A stretch of DNA of 64,000 nt, taken from the NCBI GenBank assembly GCA_963805975.1, contig CAWDVR010000001.1, positions 832,001 through 896,000 of the forward strand, read 5' to 3'. Positions 27,343 to 35,636 of this stretch are shown here, in pieces. The translations under genes were made by a program, and so were the position numbers. The DNA is from an uncultured Acidobacteriota bacterium. Lineage in GTDB: Bacteria > Acidobacteriota > Thermoanaerobaculia > Multivoradales > SZUA-115. The first letter of the stretch is position 1. Every line of letters begins with the position of its first letter. The notes under the pieces are model-generated. The model did not search any database, had not been told where the DNA came from, and saw only the letters and a list, made by a program, of their open reading frames with translations.

Positions 27343-29742
27343 CTACTCCAGGTATCCCAGCGCCCGCAGGGTCTCGAGCTGATCGCTCTCGATCCCGCCG
27401 GCGGCGGCGCGCGGAAACTTCTTGGCCAGTGCCAGGTGCTCGAAGAGCTGCCTTTCGAGCCGTTGACGGAAGGTCTTGGCGAGGTCGGGCCGCTCGGCCT
27501 GGAGGCTCTTCAGACAGTAGGGATCGGAGGCGAGGTCGAAGAGCAGCAGATCCTCCTCGGGCCTGCCCTCGCCGCCCACGGCCAGCGAAGCACCCCAGCT
27601 CCCGTCGATCATCTCGATCACCCCGGAGAGGCGCCCGGTCTCGGGGTCGGCCGTGAACTCGTCGATCACCACCGGGCGCCGCTCCCAACCCGGCTTGCCG
27701 AGCAGCAGGGGAGCGAGGGACTGCCCCTGTAGGTACGCCGGCTTCGGCTGGCCCGCGAGGTCGAGCACCGTGGGCAGGAGGTCGAGGAGTGACACCGGCT
27801 CCTCGAACCGGGAGCCGGGGCGGATACGGCCCGGCCAAGTGAAGACCAGCGGTACCCGCGTAAGGTAGGCGTTGAGGTAGGGGACCCGCGCTTCCGGGTC
27901 GAGGCCCGAGAGCAGGCCGAGGCCCGGCCAGTCGCCGTGATCCGCGGTGACCACGAGCAGCGTGTTCTCCCACTCGCCGCGTGCCCCGAGCTCCGCCACC
28001 AGGCGGCCGAGCTGGTGGTCGTTATGAAGGAATGCCTCGTCGTAGGCGTCGCGCGCCGCTTCGAAGTACGCACGGCGGTCCACGCCGGCGCGGGTGAAGA
28101 GGCCCGCCGGCGCGCGCAGCGCCCACGAGCGGCCGATGCCGCCGCTCGCGCCGCCGAGCTTGCGCTCCATCTCCTGGAAGCGCTCGCGAGCGTCCGTGGA
28201 GAGGAAAGTTCCGGCGGTGGGCTCCACGGCTTCCCACGGCCAATGCACGTCCGTGGTCTGGAAATGGACCCAGTACGGCTGGCCGGGGTAGGCGTCCCGC
28301 CAGCGGAAGAACTCGGCCTGGAGCGCGGCCGAGGAGGCGGAGCTCGGACCGGCCACGGTCTCGCGCAGCTCGTCCACGCCGCGCTCGAGGCTGCTCATGG
28401 TGCCGCACCAGGTGTTCGAGGTGAAGACCGCCGTCTGGTAGCCGGCGCGGTGCAGGATCTCGGCCATGGTCCCGGCCGACTCGGGCAGTGGGTCCGAAGG
28501 AGTCGCGTAGCCGCCCAGCACGCTGTGCTGCAGCGAGGTCATGAACGAGGTGGTCGAGGGCTTCGACCAGCTCGAGTTGCTGCGTGCGTTCTCGAACAGC
28601 CCACCGCGGGCGGCGAGCTTCTCGAGGTTGGGCGTGGTGGGGCGCGGGTAGCCGTAGGCGCTCGCGTACTCGGCGCCGCCGGCGTCGATCACGTAGAGGA
28701 CGACGTTCGGCGGGCGCTCCGCCGCGCGGCCCGAAAGGGTAGGCGCCGCCCACAGCGCCACGGCACCGCGGCGCTCGGCCCGGCTCTCGAGCGCGAGAGT
28801 GACGGTCCTTCCCGCCCAGCGGGCGAGGTCCACCGAGCGCTGCGCCCAGCGCTCGGTGGTCGAACAGGCCTCCTCGAAGACGGTCTCGGGTGCGCTCCTG
28901 CCGGCGCCGACCTCGACCCGGAAGGTGACCGGTGCATCCGCGCGCAGCACGCCGAGGCCGAGATCGAGCCGGGCGCCCTCCGGCAGGCGCACGCGGTACT
29001 CGAGGCGCGAGGGAGCGTGAGTGAAGAGCGTTCGCCGGTGGAGCTGGTCGCGCGGCTCGGTGACCACGCCGGCCGGAGCGCCGGCAAAGCGGGCTTCCTT
29101 GGGGACGAGCTCCACGGAGAGCAGCTCGACGCTCGCCGGTGCCGGCGAGGTGAGCACCAGGGCGAGCTCCGTCCAGGGGTCTGAGCCCTCAACGGAGTCG
29201 GTCCAGTCGGCGCGCAGCAGGTAGCGGTGCGTTGCGCCGGCGGCCAGCAGGTCCACGGCCTCCCCGCGGAGCAGGAAGGGCTCGTGGTCGAACACCATCT
29301 CGCCGGCCTGCCGGCGGCGGTTGAACCATGCCGTCAGGCGCGCGTCTCGAGTGCTGGCCCGCGCCTCGACGACGATGGATGCCCAGTCCTCGCGGTTCCA
29401 GCCCGGCAGCTCGACGAAGGCGCCGCCGTAGAGGCCCCGGCGGGCGCGGTGAGCCTCGGTCAGCGAGATGCGGAGCGCGCCGTTCTGCTGCGACACCAGG
29501 GCCGGAGCGCGGCCCGGGTCCAGGGGCTGGGCGGCCTTCCAGGCTGGTTGCTCGACGTCGAAGGCCCAGATCTTGGGCGCCGGAAGGTCCGCCGGTACGG
29601 CTGAGCCCTCCAGCCGGGCGGAGCCCCAATGCTCTTCGAGATGCAGTGGAAGGTCCGCGGTGAGGGGCGCCGGACCCGGCTGCGGGCAGGCGGCGAGGAA
29701 AACCACCGCGACGGCGAGACCGAGGCGTCGTAGGGCTGGCAT
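27343..29742 (-). CDS. Sulfatase-like hydrolase/transferase lipoprotein
   Basis: Lipobox LAAC; PPNVVLYVID, TTPNLEKLA, SWSKPS, TADHG, RVPLV, VSLLDLLPTVLDL. Confidence 0.85.
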   Translation of the reverse strand: MPALRRLGLAVAVVFLAACPQPGPAPLTADLPLHLEEHWGSARLEGSAVPADLPAPKIWAFDVEQPAWKAAQPLDPGRAPALVSQQNGALRISLTEAHRARRGLYGGAFVELPGWNREDWASIVVEARASTRDARLTAWFNRRRQAGEMVFDHEPFLLRGEAVDLLAAGATHRYLLRADWTDSVEGSDPWTELALVLTSPAPASVELLSVELVPKEARFAGAPAGVVTEPRDQLHRRTLFTHAPSRLEYRVRLPEGARLDLGLGVLRADAPVTFRVEVGAGRSAPETVFEEACSTTERWAQRSVDLARWAGRTVTLALESRAERRGAVALWAAPTLSGRAAERPPNVVLYVIDAGGAEYASAYGYPRPTTPNLEKLAARGGLFENARSNSSWSKPSTTSFMTSLQHSVLGGYATPSDPLPESAGTMAEILHRAGYQTAVFTSNTWCGTMSSLERGVDELRETVAGPSSASSAALQAEFFRWRDAYPGQPYWVHFQTTDVHWPWEAVEPTAGTFLSTDARERFQEMERKLGGASGGIGRSWALRAPAGLFTRAGVDRRAYFEAARDAYDEAFLHNDHQLGRLVAELGARGEWENTLLVVTADHGDWPGLGLLSGLDPEARVPYLNAYLTRVPLVFTWPGRIRPGSRFEEPVSLLDLLPTVLDLAGQPKPAYLQGQSLAPLLLGKPGWERRPVVIDEFTADPETGRLSGVIEMIDGSWGASLAVGGEGRPEEDLLLFDLASDPYCLKSLQAERPDLAKTFRQRLERQLFEHLALAKKFPRAAAGGIESDQLETLRALGYLE

Positions 29743-29789
29743 GGGAAGCGAAGCCTATCCTTCGCACCCTCGAGCCGGTGAAGCAAGCA

Positions 29790-29930
29790 TCAGCCTCGAT
29801 ACGTGATGAGGCCCGTTGCCACTACCAAGAAGAAGCCGATGCTGTCTCGATAGCGCAGGTGTCCGAGCCACGCCAGCGCCATCAGGCAGCTCGCCAAGAA
29901 CATACACACAGGGACCACGACTGCCTTCAT
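29790..29930 (-). pseudogene. 46-codon ORF, probable internally deleted DMT-family (DUF486-like) membrane protein
   Basis: MKAVVVPVCMFLASCLMALAWLGHLRYRDSIGFFLVVATGLITYRG; begins 2 nt after the GT14 stop; MALAWLGHL resembles the MTFAWYGHL motif. Confidence 0.5.
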
Positions 29931-29932
29931 CT

Positions 29933-30856
29933 CTAAATTCTCCGGCCCGCCAGGTGAGCGTCGAGCCAGTCGAGCGCCGCTGCGTCGACGTCGAGATCGA
30001 ACTTGCGCGCGAAGTAGTAGCTGCTGGCGACGAGGGCGGGGCAGTCGGCGTAGGTGAGGATTCGCGGGTGGCCGTTGCGGTCGCCCTGGAAATCGACGAA
30101 GCGCAGGTTGTCGTTGAACAGGCGAAAGCTGCCGTCGTTGATCAGTACGGTTTGGGCGAAGGCCTCGTCAGGGCATACCGTGCGCTCGAAGTGGACCACC
30201 ATTTTGCCGCGGCTACGGGCCGTTGCGAGGAGCTGCTCGGCGCAGCTACGGCGGAGGGTCGTCCATTGCGATCCGACGAAAGGAGCCTGCCCTGCTGCCG
30301 CGCCGGGGAATCGCGCCCGGATTCCCAGCCGTGGCCCATAGGTGAGATGGACGTTGAAGCCGTTCTGGAGCTTGTTGAGCGGGCGCACGAAGCGCAGCGC
30401 CGCCTCCCACCCGGGCAGCTCGAAATAGCGGTACAGGTAGCGCACGCGCCCCTGCCGCCGGCGGCCATCGGGGCTCCGTGCGTCCATCGGCCTCCAGGTG
30501 AGGTAACCGTCGTAGTCGGTCGCGGCGAGCACCGTTTCGAGCTCGGCCAGCGGCCGAATCGGATAGTCCTGGCCGGACAGGTACACCAACCACTGGTAAT
30601 CGCCAAGCTGGTGAGAGAGTAGCTCTACGGCGTCGAAGTAGGGCTCGAGCAGCGACCAGTAACCGCGGTGACATTGTTGGCGATGGGAAAAATGCACCAC
30701 GCCGAGGGCGTCGAGCACGGCGGCGTTCAGAGGCTCGCCGGCCAGGCAGTGCCCAACCACCAGGAGCGCATCGGGGCTGCCGCGGCGGAGGGCGCCGAGG
30801 AGGCGCTCGACCTGACGCGGGCTGCGATGACTCTGCACGAAGTAGGCGACGCGCAC
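29933..30856 (-). CDS. Core-2/I-branching beta-1,6-N-acetylglucosaminyltransferase family (GT14)
   Basis: VAYFVQSH, LSGQDYPIR, GSQWTTL, PDEAFAQTV, NDNLRF, FARKFD. Confidence 0.88.
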   Translation of the reverse strand: MRVAYFVQSHRSPRQVERLLGALRRGSPDALLVVGHCLAGEPLNAAVLDALGVVHFSHRQQCHRGYWSLLEPYFDAVELLSHQLGDYQWLVYLSGQDYPIRPLAELETVLAATDYDGYLTWRPMDARSPDGRRRQGRVRYLYRYFELPGWEAALRFVRPLNKLQNGFNVHLTYGPRLGIRARFPGAAAGQAPFVGSQWTTLRRSCAEQLLATARSRGKMVVHFERTVCPDEAFAQTVLINDGSFRLFNDNLRFVDFQGDRNGHPRILTYADCPALVASSYYFARKFDLDVDAAALDWLDAHLAGRRI

Positions 30857-30883
30857 GATGGCATTTGCTCTGGGCTAAGGCTA

Positions 30884-31594
30884 TCAGCCGCCGGGAGCGG
30901 GTGTCGTGCTCGGAGGTGCAGCAGAGTCGGGCGCGCCTGCGCCACGGCTGTGCTCCGCGAGCCAGGCCTCCACCTCCTCGGGATGGAAGCCGAAGGGGCC
31001 CGGCTCGCCCTTGTAGGCGATCCGGCCGTCCGCGCCGATGATGTAGAAGCGCTCCGGCCAGCCCGCGTAGAGCTTCTCCACCTGATTGTCGATGTCGTCG
31101 ACGCCGAAGGGCAGGGTGTAGTCGAAGCGCTTCACGAAGTCGTTGGCGATGACCAGGCGGTCGGCCAGGGTCTTGGGTTGGCGGTAGCACACGTCCTCCT
31201 TCTCGTTGGAGGTCATCTGCCACTCGTCGAGCGGATGGGCTTCCTTGATGTAGACGGTGAGGAAGCTCGCCGTGTCCCGATACTTCGCTTGCATCTCTTC
31301 CAGGCGCTCGACCGAGCGCCGGAAGGGCGGTCAGGTGAAGCTGCCGAAGACCAGCACCAGCGGCTGAGTGCCGATCCGATCGGCCAGGCGCACGGTCGCT
31401 TCGCCGTCGAGGGCCCTGAGCACGCCGTCCGGCGCCAGGTCCCCGACCTTGAGGTCTCCCTCCCGGCGCTGGTCGTAGAGCAGCATGCCGATGACGTTGC
31501 GCGGGCCGATCTTCATCACCATGTAGCCGGCCGCGAGGAGCACCAGCCCCAGCACGGAGAGCAGGATCCGCTTGGCGAGAACGACTTTCCTCAT
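30884..31594 (-). CDS. Iodothyronine-deiodinase-like selenoprotein (UGA=Sec at 31331-31333), 236 aa
   Basis: The two track ORFs are in frame across a TGA: PLVLVFGSFT-U-PPF...YIKEAHPLDEW...WPERFYII...YKGEPGPFGF; N-terminal TM helix; GGAGG SD. Confidence 0.88.
31297..31325 (-). promoter_or_regulatory. Bacterial SECIS-like hairpin
   Basis: mRNA UGA-CCGCC-CUUCC-GGCGCUC-GGUC-GAGCGCC-U-GGAAG; apical loop starts 17 nt after the UGA. Confidence 0.72.
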
Positions 31595-31791
31595 GCCACC
31601 TCCCGGGTCGTCGGGCGAGCGTAGAGCCTCGCCGCCGCGGGTGCAAGATGCCGACCAGCGGCAGCATTGCCGGAGCGCCGGGATCTTGCCCTGCATCGGC
31701 CTTGCAGGAGGCCGTGTGATCCGCGAACGCTCATAGAACCCATGCATCGGCTGCGGTCGCCGCCACCGGCCGGGCGAGATAAAGTCTGCGC

Positions 31792-32271
31792 ATGCCCACT
31801 CCCGTCCGAGCTGTCGCCGTCCTGGGTTTCGCGCTGCTCCTCGCGCTGCTGACCGCTTGCGGCGGGGCCGAGAAGCCGGCCGCCAGCCCTCCCGCCTCCG
31901 AGCCGCCGCCGCCGCCGGCCGCCGAGGAACAGGAGGCCATCCCTCTCGACCCCGAGCGCGCCGTTTTTTCCCATGCCTGCCTGGACCTGAAGCCCGCCGA
32001 GGTCAAGGGCGGCATGAAGCCGCCGGCGGCCATGGTCCGGCAGCAGCCGGAGCTGCCCGGGGGCCAGCGGGTCACCGGTACGGTGGTGCTCGAGGTGATC
32101 GTGGACGAGAAAGGCGCGGTCTGCGACGCCCGCGTGATCACAGGCGTCAACCCGCGCCTGGACCGGTCCTGCATCGAAAGTGTCAAGACCTGGGTCTTCC
32201 GCCCCGCACGGCGCCGCGGCGATCCGGTGGCGGTCTTCAGCCGCGTGAAGATCGCCTTCGACACGACCTGA
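31792..32271 (+). CDS. TonB-C domain lipoprotein
   Basis: Lipobox LTAC; Pro-rich linker; GTVVLEVIVDEKGAV, WVFRPARRRGDPV. Confidence 0.8.
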   Translation: MPTPVRAVAVLGFALLLALLTACGGAEKPAASPPASEPPPPPAAEEQEAIPLDPERAVFSHACLDLKPAEVKGGMKPPAAMVRQQPELPGGQRVTGTVVLEVIVDEKGAVCDARVITGVNPRLDRSCIESVKTWVFRPARRRGDPVAVFSRVKIAFDTT

Positions 32272-32280
32272 GGGCCGGCC

Positions 32281-33114
32281 TCAGAACGGGTGCTCGAAGG
32301 ATAAATAGGCGAACACGCCGAGCGAGCTGTCGCCGCCGCTCCAGGTGATGGGTAGGGCCACCCCGGGAACGATCTGCAGGTCGCCGCGGTCGAAGGACCA
32401 GCGCGCGCCGGGCGCGACCACCGTAGTCCAGGCGTGGTCCAGGTTGCCGTCGGCATCGAGCTCGCCGTCGTAGCTCGACAGCCACTCCAGCATGGCGTTG
32501 AAGCCCATGCTCTCACCCGGGGGCCGGGCGAGCCAGATCAGGCTGGCACCGGTGAAGAACGAGGTCACCGAGCGCTCCCGGTCGGGCCGGCCCGGTGCCT
32601 CGACCCCCGAGAGCCAGGTGGCTCCCAGGTTAAAGTGGGCGATCCAGGGGTCCGAGAGGCGGTGGCTCACGGGCAGGTTGACCTGGAGGCCGGGGGAGCC
32701 GTCGCCCAGGCCGTCGTCCTCGTCGCCCGTCGGCAGCACCAGCGAGAGCCGCGGCGATACGGCCGTGGGCTCGCCGGCCCGCCACTGGTAGCGGTAGTTG
32801 AGCAGCACGTCCCCCAGGCCGTCACCGCCGGCGTCCAGGGAGAGGTACGGCACGGTGTAGCTCAACTGATGGGCTTGGCTGAGGAAGGGCCACTCCTGGG
32901 TGACGGAGAGGGCGAGGTCGTCCTCGTCTCCACCCGCGCGGAAGGCGGTGGCGATGTGCTGCACCACGCCGGGCTCCTGGTTGTAGGCCTCTTCGATGAA
33001 AAAGGAGTTGTCGGAGATCGCAGAGGAGAAGCCCTGAGCCGTGGCGGAGGACGTCCCGGCGGCCAACAGGGCAAGGAGGAAGAAGGAGGGAAGCCGAGAG
33101 TGCGATTTTGGCAT
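32281..33114 (-). CDS. Putative outer-membrane beta-barrel transporter
   Basis: Signal peptide; DNSFFIEEAYNQEPGVVQH, GDVLLNYRYQ, LVLPTGD; C-terminal YLSFEHPF. Confidence 0.72.
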   Translation of the reverse strand: MPKSHSRLPSFFLLALLAAGTSSATAQGFSSAISDNSFFIEEAYNQEPGVVQHIATAFRAGGDEDDLALSVTQEWPFLSQAHQLSYTVPYLSLDAGGDGLGDVLLNYRYQWRAGEPTAVSPRLSLVLPTGDEDDGLGDGSPGLQVNLPVSHRLSDPWIAHFNLGATWLSGVEAPGRPDRERSVTSFFTGASLIWLARPPGESMGFNAMLEWLSSYDGELDADGNLDHAWTTVVAPGARWSFDRGDLQIVPGVALPITWSGGDSSLGVFAYLSFEHPF

Positions 33115-33182
33115 ATCAAAATCGTACTCTCGGTCTGGCGAAAAATCAAGCTTGGAGACGCGGCTGCGCCTGCCCTACGTCT

Positions 33183-33650
33183 CTAGAATGGGATGTCGTC
33201 GTCTTCGGGCTCGTGGGAGGAGGGTCCGCCACCGTAGTCCTGGCTCTGACCTCGCCCGCCGCCGCCCCCGCCGTGCTGGGGGCCTTCCCCGGAGTCGAAG
33301 TCGCCGCCGCCGCCGCCGCCCTGGCGCCCGCCGAGCATCTGGAAGTTGTCGCAGATGACCTCGGTCTTGTAGCGCTTCTCGCCGCTGTTCTTGTCGTCCC
33401 AGGAGCGGGTCTGCAGCCGGCCCTCGATGAACACCTGCTTGCCCTTGGTGAGGTACTGTCCGGCGATCTCGGCCTGCTTGCCCCAGACCACCACGTTGTG
33501 CCACTCGGTCTGCTCCTGGCGGTTGCCGTCGCGGTCCTTCCAGCGCCGCGAAGTGGCGACGCTGAAGCTCGCCACCGGCTGCCCGGAGGGCGTCGAGCGG
33601 ACCTCGGGATCACGACCTAAGTTACCGACGAGAAAGACTTTGTTCACCAT
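33183..33650 (-). CDS. ssb: Single-stranded DNA-binding protein
   Basis: [25 protein letters not shown]-terminal DDDIPF. Confidence 0.97.
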   Translation of the reverse strand: MVNKVFLVGNLGRDPEVRSTPSGQPVASFSVATSRRWKDRDGNRQEQTEWHNVVVWGKQAEIAGQYLTKGKQVFIEGRLQTRSWDDKNSGEKRYKTEVICDNFQMLGGRQGGGGGGDFDSGEGPQHGGGGGGRGQSQDYGGGPSSHEPEDDDIPF

Positions 33651-33752
33651 GCGCGGGCGCTCCTTTTTGGACGGAGTAAGCTATCACAGGCTCCCGCATC
33701 GCCAGCCTCGGTGGCGGCTGCGGCGGGCCTCGAAAGGGGAAAGACGGAAACC

Positions 33753-34220
33753 GTGCGCCTGGTCTTACAGCGGGTGAGCTCGGCCACGGTGCGGGTGGCC
33801 GGCGAAGCCGTGGGCGCCATCGGCCGCGGGGTGCTGGCGCTGGTGGCGATCGAGCGCGGCGACGGCGCAGCCGAGGTCGAGGCCGCGGCGGCCAAGCTCG
33901 GCGGCCTGCGGCTCTTCGAGGACCAGGCCGGCCGCATGAACCTCGACAGCCGGGCCGCGGGCGGCGCCTTTCTCCTGGTCTCGCAGTTCACCCTTGCCGC
34001 CTCTCTCGCCCGCGGGCGCCGGCCGTCGTTCGATGCCGCGGCACCCCCGGCGGAGGCGGAGCCGCTGTTCGAAGCCTTGGTGGAAGCTCTACGAAGCCAG
34101 GGCTATCGCGTGGAGACCGGCCGCTTCCGGGCCCACATGGAGGTCGAGCTGGTCAACGATGGGCCGGTGACGTTCGTGCTGGAGCTGCCGCCGCGACCTG
34201 ACCGCCCGCCGGTCCTCTAG
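33753..34220 (+). CDS. dtd: D-aminoacyl-tRNA deacylase
   Basis: LVLQRV, VSQFTLAA, GRRPSF, NDGPVT. Confidence 0.95.
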   Translation: MRLVLQRVSSATVRVAGEAVGAIGRGVLALVAIERGDGAAEVEAAAAKLGGLRLFEDQAGRMNLDSRAAGGAFLLVSQFTLAASLARGRRPSFDAAAPPAEAEPLFEALVEALRSQGYRVETGRFRAHMEVELVNDGPVTFVLELPPRPDRPPVL

Positions 34221-35316
34221 GGACAGAGGGTCCGGCAGGAGCAGGGGGCGAGAGCACCGGCAGAGCGCGGGCATCGACCAGGCGCTCTTCGAGCGGCCGG
34301 GGGCTGAAGCAGAGGGCGAGGATCACCAGGGCGCCGGCGGCGAGCGCCTTGCGCTTACCGTCGAGCGGCTCGCGCTCGTCGCCCACGGGCGGGTGCGCGA
34401 GGCCCAGAAACAGCGTGATCGCGGCCCACAGCAGCCAGCTCGGCCAATAGAGGCTGAACATGGCCATCACCAGCCACAGCGGCAACGCCAGCCGGCGCTG
34501 GCGGGCCCCGACCACGGCGTAGAGGATGTGGCCGCCGTCGAGCTGCGACAGGGGCAGGAGGTTGAGGGCCGTGGCCAGCATGCCGAACCAGGCGGCGAGC
34601 GCGAAAGGGTGGAGATTGAGCACCTGGTCCGCCGCCAGCGGGCCATGGAGCAGAAGGCCCAGGATGGCGAAGCCGAGGTTGCCGCCGGGCAGGGTGAGCG
34701 GTGCCACGAGATCGCTCGCCGCGCTGGCGAGCGGCGCCGCGGCCGGCGGCGAGTGTGCCAGCCCGTAGACCAGGAACGGCAGCAGCACGACGAAGCCGGC
34801 GATCGGCCCGGCGATGCCGACGTCGAACAGCTCGCGCTTGTTGCGCAGCGGCGAGCGCAGGCGGATGAAGGCCCCGAAGGTGCCGAAGACGATCGGCGCC
34901 GGCAGGAAGTAGGGGAGGGTGCAGTCGATCCGGTAGTAGCGACAGGCGAGGTAGTGGCCGAGCTCGTGGGCGAGCAGGATGAGGAGGGTGGCGAGCGAGA
35001 ACTGGAGGCCCGCCGAGAGCAGCTCGGGGTTGCTCCACACCCGGCCGATCGCCGCCGGTGAGAGTAGCGGCACGCCGAGCTCTCCGAGATCGATCAGGAC
35101 ATCGGTGCGCACCCACCACGCCCATTGCGCGCCGAGGGTGGTGGTGGTGAAAAAGGTGAGGACGAAGAGAAGTGCCGCGCGCAGCCAGCGCGGCTTGGAG
35201 CGGGCCGGCGCGTGCACGCCCTCGGGCCCGGGAACGAGATCGATGACCAGCGGGGGGCGAGACGATCCGGCCTCGGCGGCGGAGGCCACGCCCTCCCTGG
35301 TGGTGAGGAAGATCAA
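34153..35316 (-). CDS. Site-2 protease (M50) family membrane zinc protease (start uncertain)
   Basis: AHELGH, FDVGIAGP, LNLLPLSQLDGGHI. Confidence 0.9.
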   Translation of the reverse strand: MIFLTTREGVASAAEAGSSRPPLVIDLVPGPEGVHAPARSKPRWLRAALLFVLTFFTTTTLGAQWAWWVRTDVLIDLGELGVPLLSPAAIGRVWSNPELLSAGLQFSLATLLILLAHELGHYLACRYYRIDCTLPYFLPAPIVFGTFGAFIRLRSPLRNKRELFDVGIAGPIAGFVVLLPFLVYGLAHSPPAAAPLASAASDLVAPLTLPGGNLGFAILGLLLHGPLAADQVLNLHPFALAAWFGMLATALNLLPLSQLDGGHILYAVVGARQRRLALPLWLVMAMFSLYWPSWLLWAAITLFLGLAHPPVGDEREPLDGKRKALAAGALVILALCFSPRPLEERLVDARALPVLSPPAPAGPSVPRGPAGGQVAAAAPARTSPAHR

Positions 35317-35579
35317 AGGGTCTTCAGCTCTTTGCCGGGCTTGAAGCGCACTGTCTTGCCGGGGGTGATCGCCACCTCGACGCCGGTCTTGGGGTTGCGC
35401 CCTACCCCCTTCTTGCGGTCCCGCACCTGGAAGACTCCGAAGCCGCGCAGCTCGATCCGCTTGCCCGTGGACAGGGCGTCCTTCATCGCGTCGATGATGG
35501 TGTCCACCGCCTGCGCCGCCTTGATGCGCGGCACGTCGGACTGCTCGGCGACGAGATCCACGATGTCGGCTTTGATCAT
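35313..35579 (-). CDS. HU/IHF family DNA-binding protein
   Basis: IELRGFGVF, GRNPKTG, RFKPGKELK. Confidence 0.95.
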   Translation of the reverse strand: MIKADIVDLVAEQSDVPRIKAAQAVDTIIDAMKDALSTGKRIELRGFGVFQVRDRKKGVGRNPKTGVEVAITPGKTVRFKPGKELKTL

Positions 35580-35589
35580 AACGGCGCCA

Positions 35590-35619
35590 AATCTAGCAAC
35601 GCGGGCTCCGGGGTGTCAA
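35590..35619 (-). promoter_or_regulatory. Sigma70-type promoter of the HU gene
   Basis: TTGACA-18 nt-TAGATT, 10 nt before ATG. Confidence 0.6.
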
Positions 35620-35636
35620 CGTAAGCTGAAGCGTGC

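Noticed and set aside
31331-31333. Nonsense-mutation pseudogene reading of the deiodinase-like gene
   Set aside because: The stop falls exactly on the catalytic Sec column, both halves are intact, and a SECIS-like hairpin follows.
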